Source of the DNA: Octopus sinensis
Lineage: Eukaryota
Assembly (NCBI RefSeq): GCF_006345805.1
Contig: NC_042998.1
Coordinates: 132,556,001 to 132,620,000, forward strand
DNA: 64,000 nt
Reading direction: 5' to 3'
Shown here in pieces: positions 13,009-23,631 of the stretch. The first letter of the stretch is position 1; the number at the start of each line of letters is the position of its first letter. The position numbers and the translations under genes were made by a program. Under the pieces are notes generated by a model. That model saw only the letters and a program-made list of their open reading frames with translations, was not told the origin of the DNA and ran no database searches.

Positions 13009-14480
13009 AACATGATGGAGTTCTTTCAGTTTCCACCCACCAAATCCACTCACAAGGCTTTGGTCAGACCAGTTCATAAATTGGTAGGCATTCCTAATCT
13101 ATTAAAAAAACATAAAGTACAATTCTTTGTGGTTGGTACTGATAATGTTAATTCTGAAAAGCAGCTCATATTTTTCCTTTTATTTTGTATGTGTGTGTGT
13201 GTGTGTTAACTAGCATATTATATGTTCATCTCATCACACCAGAACCACCACCATGACCTTTACATACTACTACTACTACTACCACTATCATCACCACCCT
13301 CTCCTTTTGCCTTCTCATTTTTCTTTTGTTACTCCTGATAAAATTTAATCTATAAGGTTGATCTTTGATTCATTGAAGTTGAATTGAATTAGTGAAATCT
13401 TAAGAGTTGTATGTGGAATTTTTTTTTTAAATTTTGGTTTTAATTTTTGTCTCTGATCATTCACAACATGTTTTTGTTAGGTCTTATTTATAATTTAAAT
13501 TTTGTTAGATTTTAAAAGCGAAAATCTTGTTAAAATAATAATTTTTTTCTCGCACTTCACTTTGGTCTCATTCGAGCGCATATGTGCATACAAACACAGA
13601 CATACAGAAAGACACATGCATGTACAGTAACAGTTTACCTCCCTCCCTCCCTCCCTCTCTCTCCCTCTCTCTCTTTCTCTCAAGGAACACATGCGTGGGT
13701 GCAAATATGACTTATAGACACACATACACACACACAAATGCATGCGCACACATACCCATATCAATTAGCTACCTACCTATCATCATCACTATTTACATGT
13801 TTTTCCATGCTGTCATATGTTGAATAAGTCATCATTTATTATAGTATGTGACCTGTGATGCACAGCTATAGAAAAAAAAAACATGTCAACTTAAGTATTA
13901 TACATCTTACATTGAGGATTGAGGATGTTTTATTATGCCAGTCGCACCAGAGAGGCCCTGTCATATGAGAAAACTAAAGAATCGCCCCTCCTCCACTAAC
14001 CTGCATCAGTCTTTAGTCAGAGTTAATGTCCTGCATGCATAGCCTGGGATGTGACTTATAGATTCATAGATTCATTGCTCCGCGTGTGTTGTGTGTGTAA
14101 AAAGACAAAAAGATAGACCAGCACAAGTACGTGGCATTATATCATTTATATAATTTTCCAAGATGTTACATAGACTTAACTGTAAATATATTTGAAGAAA
14201 AGGGTTAGATTTATGTAACATATACAGCTTTATATATGTGCTGGTCTATCTTTTGTTTCTTTGTTGCATATTCAAGCTACTCGGTTCTCATAGCCCATTT
14301 TTATTCTGCAGAATTATTTCTACCTTAATTAGGAGGGTGGATTTAAAGAACTTTGGGGTCAAACATTCATCTATCATATGCTTATAATAGCTTGTTCTCA
14401 TTTATATATATATACATATACAGACACATATACATTTATACATATGTGCATACATTCGTGTGTGTGCATGTATGTGTGTG

Positions 14481-14804
14481 TTGTGTGGTAAGTAGCTTGT
14501 TTACCAATTACATGGTTCTGGGTTCAGTCCCACTATGTGGCACCTTGGGCAAGTGTCTTCTACTATAGCCTTGTGAGTGGATTTGGTAGACGGAAACTGA
14601 AAGAAGCCTGTTGGGTGTCTTTGTTCGTCCCCTCACCATTGCTTGGCAACTGATATCAAGTGTGTTTACATCTCCATACCTTAGTAGTTCGGCAAAAGAG
14701 ACCAGTAGAATAAGTACTAGTCTTACAAAGAATAAGTCGATTTGTTCGACAAAAGGTGGTGCTCCAGCATGGCCGCAGTCAAATGACTAAAACAAATAAA
14801 AGAA
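14481..14804 (+). mobile_element. SINE A with internal deletions
   Basis: tgtgtggtaagtagcttg ... ggccgcagtcaaatgactaaaacaaataaaaga. Confidence 0.85.
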
Positions 14805-14829
14805 TATATGTATATAATATAGGTACATG

Positions 14830-15205
14830 TATGGGTGTGTGGTTGAGAAGCTTGCTTCTCGATTATGTTGTCTTTGGTCCAGCTTCACTGGACTAGTGTT
14901 TTCTACTATAAGCCCAGGGCCTATTGAAGTTCTTTGAGGTGCTTCCAATGCCAGAAACTGGAAAAGGCTTGGAGCATGTGCGTGTGTGTGTGTCTGTGCA
15001 CTCTTCAGTTCACATCACATGGTGGTTGCAAACAAGCTTCATCATCATATACGTAGTGTTGTTCATTTGTAGTCTTTCTATGTAAAAATACATCTGGCCA
15101 CGGGAGGAAAGATGAGGGTAGGTAAGAGGAGAGGATTTCCACTGTAGAAAATCTGCCTCAGCAAAACATTTGTCTGACCTATGCAAGCATGGAGAAGTTG
15201 ATGAT
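14830..15205 (+). mobile_element. Decayed SINE: family-A head with RTE-type tail
   Basis: gggtgtgtggttgagaagcttgc head, (TG)n linker, then ctgtagaaaatctgcctcagc...atgcaagcatggagaagttgatgat. Confidence 0.55.
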
Positions 15206-15469
15206 TACACACACACACACACATTTCTCTTACATATCCCACACTATTAAACACATGAGCCACATATGCTTCCAAAATATCCCAAGTGGTAAAACGAATC
15301 AGATTGTGAGCTGGTCCCAGATTTTCATTAAATTTTAGCCTGATTCACTCCTTACCTATGGACCATTCCACTTCCCTTCTCACCCACCCTATAAAGTGTG
15401 TGTGTGTGTGTGTGTGCTACCTCTCATTTCAAATCTATTTGTACACCTACCGTTACTAAAGCCACTTAT

Positions 15470-15550
15470 CATCATCATCATTATTATTATTATTATTATT
15501 ATCATTATTATTATTATTATTATCATTATTATTATTTATTATTTTTATTA

Positions 15551-15613
<63 letters not shown>

Positions 15614-15628
15614 TTATTATTATTATCT
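15470..15628 (+). repeat. (CAT)n/(TTA)n compound microsatellite
   Basis: Direct reading. Confidence 0.95.
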
Positions 15629-16210
15629 CTTCCCTTATCATTCCTTATGCAGTTGCTTTATTATCGTTATTAATAATTTCAATCTCTTCTCACTGATATC
15701 AGTTCTGGTAATAAATACTAATATGGAATGATTGTGATGACGTTGCTGATGATAATAGGATTACTTTGGAGTATTAACGCGAGAAGGGACGTATATGTAT
15801 ATATTTAAACATGCATTCACACATATACATAATGCATATGTACAATATTTATAAATGTGTACAGGTAGGAGACGTATAATTCCCAGCTGGTGCTACTAAT
15901 TAGTAGTGATATTTTGCTCTTTTATTATCCTCTTCATACCTGCCTATCTCTTGTTACTCTAGTCTTCCTTCAATCTCACGTTAAGTCTCCAAACAATTTA
16001 GATTAATGTGGGTGGGTAATGTATATATGAATGTATTTAGATAGTAGTATCAGTGTTAAGCAGTGAGGAAGAATTAAAAAAAAACTTTAGGTTAGTTAAA
16101 ATATATATATATATATTTTCCTTCCAGTCTTTCAAAATGTTACCTTGTGTGTACCGTTAGCAATTTTTTTTCCCTCTGTCTTCCCTTCTCTGGATCTTTC
16201 CTTCTCCTAT

Positions 16211-16245
16211 GTTTCCGACGAAGAGCTCCGCTCGAAACGTTAAAC
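16211..16245 (+). ncRNA. Degenerate minimal type I hammerhead ribozyme motif (Penelope-type)
   Basis: gttt-CCGACGA-a-gagc tcc gctc-GAAAC-GTT-aaac: stem I gttt/aaac, stem II gagc/gctc, GAAA core, palindromic ACGT helix III. The core carries U4C relative to CUGANGA. Confidence 0.6.
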
Positions 16246-16377
16246 CCCACCTTCTTTCCTCTTTTCCTGAGCATCCAATAATACTATATTTGTTCCACGT
16301 CCTCGCGTTGCTGTGTTTTTTTGTGCTTTCTTGTTTGGATTAACTTTATATATATATATATAATATATATATATATA

Positions 16378-16585
16378 CTGTTGTGTCTGGGGAGACTCAT
16401 TTTCTTTTTGTGCCTTATAATGTAACACACTGACCGGTAAAATTTCCACTTATTTCTTATTTTTATTTTCCTAACATTTTCGTTGCGTCTTGCAACCTTT
16501 CCAATAGTCTTGACTCTCAATTTTACCGGCGAGTGCGTTACATTATAAGACACAAAAAGAAAATGACTCTCCCCAGACACAACAG
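16378..16585. mobile_element. Foldback element with about 68-bp inverted arms (copy 1)
   Basis: ctgttgtgtctggggagactc...accggtaaaatt versus aattttaccggcgag...ctctccccagacacaacag; 3 mismatches in the outer 54 bp. Confidence 0.8.
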
Positions 16586-16664
16586 AACATGCTTCAACAC
16601 ATGAACTCATATAAAGAATCTTGCAAACCAAATCCAGAAACGAAGTATATATATATATATATAG

Positions 16665-16703
<39 letters not shown>

Positions 16704-16710
16704 ATATATA

Positions 16711-16918
16711 CTGTTGTGTCTGGGGAGACTCATTTTCTTTTTGTGCCTTATAATGTAACACACTGACCGGTAAAATTTCCACTTATTTCTTATTTTTATT
16801 TTCCTAACATTTTCGTTGCGTCTTGCAACCTTTCCAATAGTCTTGACTCTCAATTTTACCGGCGAGTGCGTTACATTATAAGACACAAAAAGAAAATGAC
16901 TCTCCCCAGACACAACAG
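16711..16918. mobile_element. Foldback element (copy 2, tandem duplicate at +333)
   Basis: Appears identical to 16378-16585; the whole unit 16378-16646 is repeated at 16711-16979. Confidence 0.85.
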
Positions 16919-16977
16919 AACATGCTTCAACACATGAACTCATATAAAGAATCTTGCAAACCAAATCCAGAAACGAA

Positions 16978-17041
<64 letters not shown>

Positions 17042-17386
17042 ACATGCACATGCAACACATATGCAGTTTCAAAATAGTGATATTAGCACCAGAGCCCCAT
17101 GTATATATATATATATATATTTATAAAATAGATATCTATTTAGATTGATAGATGGATAGATAGGTAGATAGAAAGAAATGTGTGTATGTATTGGTAAGTT
17201 GCTTTTAGTGATATGGCTAAAATGTTTACATACATTAAAATGGACCCAATATGCTTAATTCTTCAGAATATTTTGGGTAAGCTTATACTCAGGTTTCTAG
17301 AGTTGTTTTTACTCCCCTCCAGATGAGTAAAATGTGTTGCAAGATGTTAGAAGCACTAGAGATTTAAAAAAAAAAAAATCAAATGA

Positions 17387-17550
17387 GGCACAGGTGTGAC
17401 TGTGTAGCAGGAAGTTTTTTTTCTCAACCACATAATTCTAGGTTCAGTCCCACTCTGTGGCACCTTGGGCAAATGCTTCCTACTATGGCTACAGGCCAAC
17501 CAAAACCTTGTGAGTAGTTTTGCTTGACCAAAACTAAAAGAAGCCTGTCG
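17387..17550 (+). mobile_element. SINE A 5' half
   Basis: ggcacaggtgtgactgtg ... aagaagcctgtcg. Confidence 0.75.
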
Positions 17551-17555
17551 TGTTT

Positions 17556-17892
17556 TTCTTTTATTCTTTTATTTGTTTCAGCCATTTGACTGTCGCCATG
17601 CTGGAGCACAGCCTTTAGTTGAACAGATTGACCCCAAGACTTATTCTTTGAAAGCCTAGTACTTATTCTATTGGCCTTTTTTGCCGAACCGCTAAGTTAC
17701 AGAGATGTAAACATACCAGCATTAGTTGTCAAGCGATGTTGTTGGGAACAAACATACACACACAATATATATACGACAGGCTTCTTTCAGTTTCCATCTG
17801 CCAAATCCTCTCGCAAGGCATTGGTTGACCAAAGTTCCACACATTGGGACTGAACCCGGAACCATTTGATTGGTTAGCAAGCTACTTATCAC
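17556..17892 (-). mobile_element. SINE A (CpG-decayed)
   Basis: Full reverse-strand copy; CpG sites largely TpG/CpA, non-CpG sites near consensus. Confidence 0.9.
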
Positions 17893-18107
17893 ACACACAC
17901 ACTGTTGAAATTTACAGTAAAATGTAAGACGAAGACAGGTGTATGAACAACGAGCAGGTGTATTAGTTTGACACTCAGGGAAGTGAGAAAGTCTTTTATG
18001 TTTGTGTGTTTGACCCCACTACCACTTGACAACTGGGGTTGGTTTGTTTACATCATAACTTCACATTTTGGTAAAAGAGAAGATAGAACAAGTATTAGGC
18101 TTAAAAT

Positions 18108-18316
18108 CCTTTCTGTTATAGGCACAAGGCCTGAAATTTGGAGGGGAAGGGTTAAGTCGATTAAATCAACCCCAGTACTCAACTGGTGCTTAATTTATCG
18201 ATCCCGAAAGGATGATTGGCAAATTTGACCTTGGCAGAATTTGAACTCAGAACGTAGACAGGCGAAATACCGCTAAGCATGCCGTCCAGCTAACAATTCT
18301 GCCAGCTTGCCGCCTT
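18108..18316 (-). mobile_element. SINE B with candidate TSD, inserted in a SINE A 3' half (17985-18420)
   Basis: agtattaggcttaaaat (18091-18107) and agtacttaggcttaaaat (18317-18334) flank the copy. Confidence 0.85.
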
Positions 18317-18429
18317 AGTACTTAGGCTTAAAATGAAAAAGTACTGGGAGTGATTCCTTCAAATGAAATTCTTCAACATTGTGCCCCCAGCTTGGCCCCA
18401 ATCTAATGGCTGAAACAAGATAAGAAGGC

Positions 18430-18785
18430 TGTGTGTGTGTGTGTGTGTATTTGTACTAGCCATGCATGCACATATATGTGGAAGCAAGCAAACAGAACAG
18501 ACATTTAGTTACACTTGTATTTAATACAACTTGTTCAGCTCATAGGCCTACATGATCTGATATACAGATGGGCACAAGCACTCCTAAACACATGCCTCTG
18601 TGTGTGTGTGTGTGTGTATTTGTACTAGCCATGCATGCACATATATGTGGAAGCAAGCAAACAGAACAGACATTTAGTTACACTTGTATTTAATACAACT
18701 TGTTCAGCTCATAGGCCTACATGATCTGATATACAGATGGGCACAAGCACTCCTAAACACATGCCTCTGTGTGTGTGTGTGTGCA
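18430..18785. repeat. 169-bp tandem duplication joined at (GT)n
   Basis: atttgtactagcc at 18449 and 18618; unit ends atgcctct at 18599 and 18768. Confidence 0.95.
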
Positions 18786-19822
18786 TATACTTATTAGTCA
18801 GAAAATTCCTATGGACCACTGGTCCGCTGGCCTGTAAACCATGTGTGTAAAAAGTATACATCAATCTAGAGGGGTACATTTACACACACACACACACATA
18901 TATATATATACAGCCACCCCTTACTATATAAACTGTCCATGTGTTATTGTGTGACAGAGAGAGAAGGAGATAATGTTGCTCTCTTGTGTGTGTGTGTGTG
19001 GTGTGTGTGTGTGTGTGCTTTCTTTTATAAATTTGTTTAGCTGACCTTCCATGAAATGTCATTTTAATGAGAAGACATGAAATCAAAGCCCCTTATCTCC
19101 CTCTCCTCCCAATATCAGTCATCTTCTCTAGCTCCCTTTTTTTTCTTTTTTTGTCAGGTCATGACTAGGTCAGCGATTTTCTTATTTATTGTTTTATATA
19201 TTTTGCTTCAAAGTTTTTATTTATTTACTCTGTATTTATATTTTTTTATATTTCTTTAAAACTTTTCTTTCTGAATTATTTTTACTTCCTTGATATTTTT
19301 TTTATGTTTGTATCATTTTCTTTTTTAATATCCACCCTCACCCTGGAGGTGGATATTAACTTGTTCTTCCACCATAGTACTCCTTTTTTTTTCTTTATTT
19401 TTGTCTACAACTGCTCTTTCTCTCTCTGTCTCTCATCTTTTGTATCTTGCTTTAATTTAATGACCAGAATATCCCCACACTTGCATACAAAACAACATGT
19501 GAAAGAAAGCCTTCTGCTTGACCCTTAACTATGACCTGTAGTGACATTCACCAAAACTACTGTTGATACTACTACAACTGCCAATAATAATTTCTTTTAT
19601 TGGCCACAAGGACCAAAATCACTGGTGACAGTACAGTGGCAAATACACAGAAAAAAGACCACAAATAGGGAGATATTTACATCAAGCAAAATAATAGTAA
19701 ATACTTTAATAAAGCGAAAAAAATGTTTTAAACAGTAGTAAGGGTATTACCACCTATAATAATAATAATAATAATAATCCTTACTACTATAGGCACAAGG
19801 CCTGAGATTTTTTTGTGGGGGC

Positions 19823-20050
19823 GGAGAAACATCTCAGATACCCTACAATCTTGGTGTATTGCAAAAATTGTCTTTACGTGGAACTGCACATATACTGCAT
19901 AAAGTACTGTATGTCTGAGGTCCTTGTGATTTCAGAGAAAGCATAAATCTCTGGTACACACATCTTCAATCTGCAGTGTCACAATATTGGATATTGTGCA
20001 ATGTATTCAATAATAATAATAATAATAATAACAACAACAATAATAATAAT
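19823..20050 (+). mobile_element. 3' end of R4/Dong-like non-LTR retrotransposon with (TAA)n tail
   Basis: Open frame GETSQIPYNLGVLQKLSLRGTAHILHKVLYV* (stop 19916-19918) matches the QK..L.GTAHILRKVL C-terminus typical of R4/Dong; about 90-bp UTR, then (AAT)n from 20009. Confidence 0.75.
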
Positions 20051-20275
20051 ACATAGCAAAAACACCAGGACTTATAAATATATATAACATACAGAAAATT
20101 GCACTACTAGGTACTGCACACACACCCTACACAGACCACTTTCAATACAGTAACCATAAGAGCATCACAGCAAACCACAACACACACCCAAGGCACACAG
20201 AGCTGTGCTTGGTAGTGAAGTGAAAGCACGTTATAAAAATAAAAGTACTCAATAATAATAATAATGATGATGATG
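20051..20275 (+). mobile_element. 3' end of a second R4/Dong-like family with (TAA)n tail
   Basis: IQKIALLGTAH (20089-20121) then, after an apparent 2-nt CA slip, TLHRPLSIQ* (stop 20151-20153); different UTR from the first fragment; (AAT)n from 20251. Confidence 0.75.
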
Positions 20276-20279
20276 GTTT

Positions 20280-20998
20280 CCTTTAGTCACAAGAATAGCC
20301 TATAATTTGAGTGGGGCTTTACATAAAGGAGGAGGAGAAAGAACTGGAAACAGCAGTGAAATGAGATAGAAGTATACATAGTATATAAAGTATGTGATAA
20401 CATGAATGATGCAAGAGAAACTCCAACTAGGGTCAATCAAGAAACCCCACAGATCCAAGATTACCCTGACCATCAAAGGCATGAAGCCCTCATCCAACTG
20501 ATCTCTAATCTATAGGTGCTTGCTTATAGTAGGGCCAATCACACTAACCATTTTTGCCACAGTCACCCATCTTTTCACAAATTCACTTCCCTCTCTCGGT
20601 GGAACTTAGAAAAAGTTTATGAGGGATTGACTGAAGGGGAAGATGTCTTTCCTCGATCCTTTCAGCCTTGTCCACTGTATAACTTCTTTTCCTGTAGCCA
20701 CTAGACAGGGGAACATGCCTGCCCTGCCTTGTCAAAAGTAGGTGGTGGAGTGATCCTCACAACGGATTTGATCAATATTTGGATTCGTCCCACTCACAAA
20801 AACAGTTGTTTGATATAACTCCACAAATCCACGATGCTTGGTCACTGCATGAGTGTGTGTAGTACAGTTTCATCACTTAGCCTGCATCTTAGACAGTCCC
20901 GTCTGGTGGTGTTTCCATGCCCCTACAGTTCATCGTGAACTGGCAGTGCTCCTTAGTAGCTCTGCCAAGCCAGAGAATAATAATAATAATAATAATAA
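20280..20998 (+). mobile_element. TAA-flanked insertion, probable non-LTR 3' fragment of uncertain family
   Basis: Bounded by (AAT/GAT)n and (AAT)n; ends ELAVLLSSSAK, a weak resemblance to the R4 C-terminal motif. Confidence 0.35.
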
Positions 20999-21432
20999 TG
21001 AGGAAATCAATCTCACATTGGTTTCTAGTATTGAACTGGTATTTTATTTTGACAAAATTTGAACAAATACTACCAGATGAGCTAAGAATTCTGTCAATCC
21101 ACTGTTCTGATGTTTTCAACAACTTCTCTAAACCCCAGGAACAAAAATATCTCAAATCCAATTAGTAAACAAAGAAAAATAAAAAGCACTACAATAAAAA
21201 AAAATACAGAAAGAAAAAATGTAGAGGTAAAAATAAGCCCCCTAGTGTGTTATTGGCTGCAGGTTGTGATCTTTACTATAGCTAACCTTACAATGTTTCT
21301 TGTCTGTGCCAGCCAGACTGTCCAGTCTCTTTATAAATGACAATATGGTTTGGCCTTTTGATGGTTGGCCAGTAGTTAGCATGGGGGCTTCCTTTTGAAG
21401 GAGGTGTCTATTTTTGTTTCCTTTTTGTTTTG

Positions 21433-21470
<38 letters not shown>

Positions 21471-21599
21471 CTCTCTGTGCCTAAAGCTTTGTTGTCTGCA
21501 AATATTTCTTCTTAAAGAATAACATTGCACACAGATTTAAAACAATTCTTATAAATAGTGAAGTGTAAATTTGAGTAACTTTCCCTGTATACTTACATG

Positions 21600-21800
21600 C
21601 ATACATACTGATATGTTTGCTATGAATGTTTCATTGTGGCAGATTCTCTATGGCTTGGATGCTCTTCTTGTTGCCAACCTTTATCTGTTTCCAAGCAAGG
21701 AAGTATCTCCCCCATGGAAGACATGCTTTATGCAGAATATTGGGAATGAATGACACTGCTTGTATGGCAGCAACCCTCATTTATAACTATCATGCAATGT
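21600..21800 (-). mobile_element. Decayed RTE-type SINE tail
   Basis: ggatgctcttcttgttgccaacctttatctgtttccaagcaagg parallels 12830-12880. Confidence 0.55.
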
Positions 21801-21849
21801 GAAGAGCAGACACAAACTCTTCTTTGGTCTGCTATTATTATATATTAAG

Positions 21850-22047
21850 CAGGTAGTATCATTAGCACATCTATCTTCGTGTTCTGAGTTCAAATTCTGC
21901 TGTGGTCGACCTTGCCCTTCATCCTCGATAAATTAAGTACCAGTGAAGCCCTGGGGGTCAATGTAGTCAACCAGTCCCCTCCCACCAAATCTCAGGCCTT
22001 GTGCTTCTAGTAGAAAGGATTATTATTATTATTATTATTATTATTAG
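21850..22047 (+). mobile_element. SINE B (CpG-decayed) with (ATT)n tail
   Basis: gttctgagttcaaattctgctgtggtcgacc ... ggccttgtgcttctagtagaaaggattatt. Confidence 0.8.
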
Positions 22048-22368
22048 CTTGTGACAGGAATGTGACACTGTTTACTTTTAAGTTTCTTTAAATATCTTCC
22101 CATGTCACATTAAACACATGCCCACAAATTCTACTCTCATGCTATGTATGTAAACATATGTATATGTGATTGTGTATAATATCTATATCTATACACATAT
22201 ACAAGTTTTTCTACGGAGAAATAGAAATGAACGAGAAGTACATATTACATTTTGCATACTACTAGAGTACCTACCCTTTATCCATATCACATTCTTTCTC
22301 ACCGCTCTGTAGCTCTATTTTTCAAATACTATAATTCCCTCCTTATATATATTTTTCTTATTGTCATG

Positions 22369-22413
<45 letters not shown>

Positions 22414-22989
22414 ATTATATCTAATGTTATCATAGTAAAAGGAATGTAACAATATCCACAAGGAACATTTTTGTCTTTGCTCGCTTCCTTCAATAGGAAT
22501 TTTGAAGTAGAAGAAAAAAAAATGCTGTCTAGGAGAGATGAACAACAAAAGCAAGAATACAAAGGAATATGGATTTTATTTCAACTTCATTGTTAAATCT
22601 ATTCTTTTTAAGATATCATAATCCTAAGATTTCTTTGTAGATCTGTCTGTCTGTGGTTTTTTTTATTATTTTCTTTGTAATTTTTTTTTGTCTAATTTTC
22701 CTCCCTTCCCATAAAACTCCAATTTCTTTTTCTTCTTTTCTAGTTGTTGTTGTTGTTCTTCTTCTTCTTCTTCTTATTTTTTTTTTATCATTATTATTAT
22801 TAATCAACTCTGATCTGGCTGTTAAAATGTAGAAACCCATAAATATTCATACTGTCTTCTTGAAAAAGGGGTTGACCCTTTCATCTTGGTGAAGTATGAA
22901 GGAAATTCTGTCATTTCTTTCCTACCCGTTCGTTCGGTGTGTATGTGTTTGTGTGTGTGTGTGTGTATGTTTTAAAGATAAATGGGAAG

Positions 22990-23260
22990 AGAAACTCTGT
23001 CAAATGTACACCATGTGTGTATTTCAGCCACTCGACGCTGAAGATCCAGTTGTTCTCAACCAACCGGATTACCCGCTCCTGATTTAACGTGTAAGCGTCT
23101 TAACATAGATGAAATAAACATTAGAGATGCTTTGCCCCATGCCGAAACTGCAGTGTCTATTCTGAGGTTTTGCAAGCTCTTCTAAATCCATTGCAACACT
23201 AGAACTCCTTTGCATCATCAGCGTGTATCTCAGAGTCATCAGCATTTCACCCCTTAGCCT
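22990..23260 (-). pseudogene. Decayed reverse-transcriptase fragment of a non-LTR retrotransposon (CR1/L2/Jockey-like)
   Basis: Across frameshifts on the minus strand: HADDAK (23208-23225, cf. YADD), LQ..ID.AVSAW...LMF, LHVKSGAGNP, SVEWLKYTHGVHLT (cf. KYLGV), in the expected order. Confidence 0.5.
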
Positions 23261-23599
23261 GTATGCTTCACACAAGTGGGTAAATTGTGGATGTCATTCT
23301 CAGACAGGTCAAGCATGACACAGTTTGTGACAAGGCTGAATCTTTCAAATTACTGCTGCACTCCACCTAACAAGCTTTTACAGTTTCACCCATGTGGTAT
23401 GGGTCGACCTGAGACCACATTGTTGTGTAGTCAAATTCTTACTTGACCATATTTATGGGAATGTGAAACTCCAAGTAACAGTTTTTGTTAAATTTAATTT
23501 CTGCTGCTTTTAAATAAAGCATATTACTCTACAATCTGGTATTTGAGTACTCGTTTTTCCACCTTGTTTCACATTTATGTGTTTACTCCGGTATATATA

Positions 23600-23631
<32 letters not shown>

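Noticed and set aside
23028-23090. Plus-strand terminal coding exon PLDAEDPVVLNQPDYPLLI*
   Set aside because: All three frames contain stops, the peptide is not recognised, and the opposite strand is better explained as a decayed RT.
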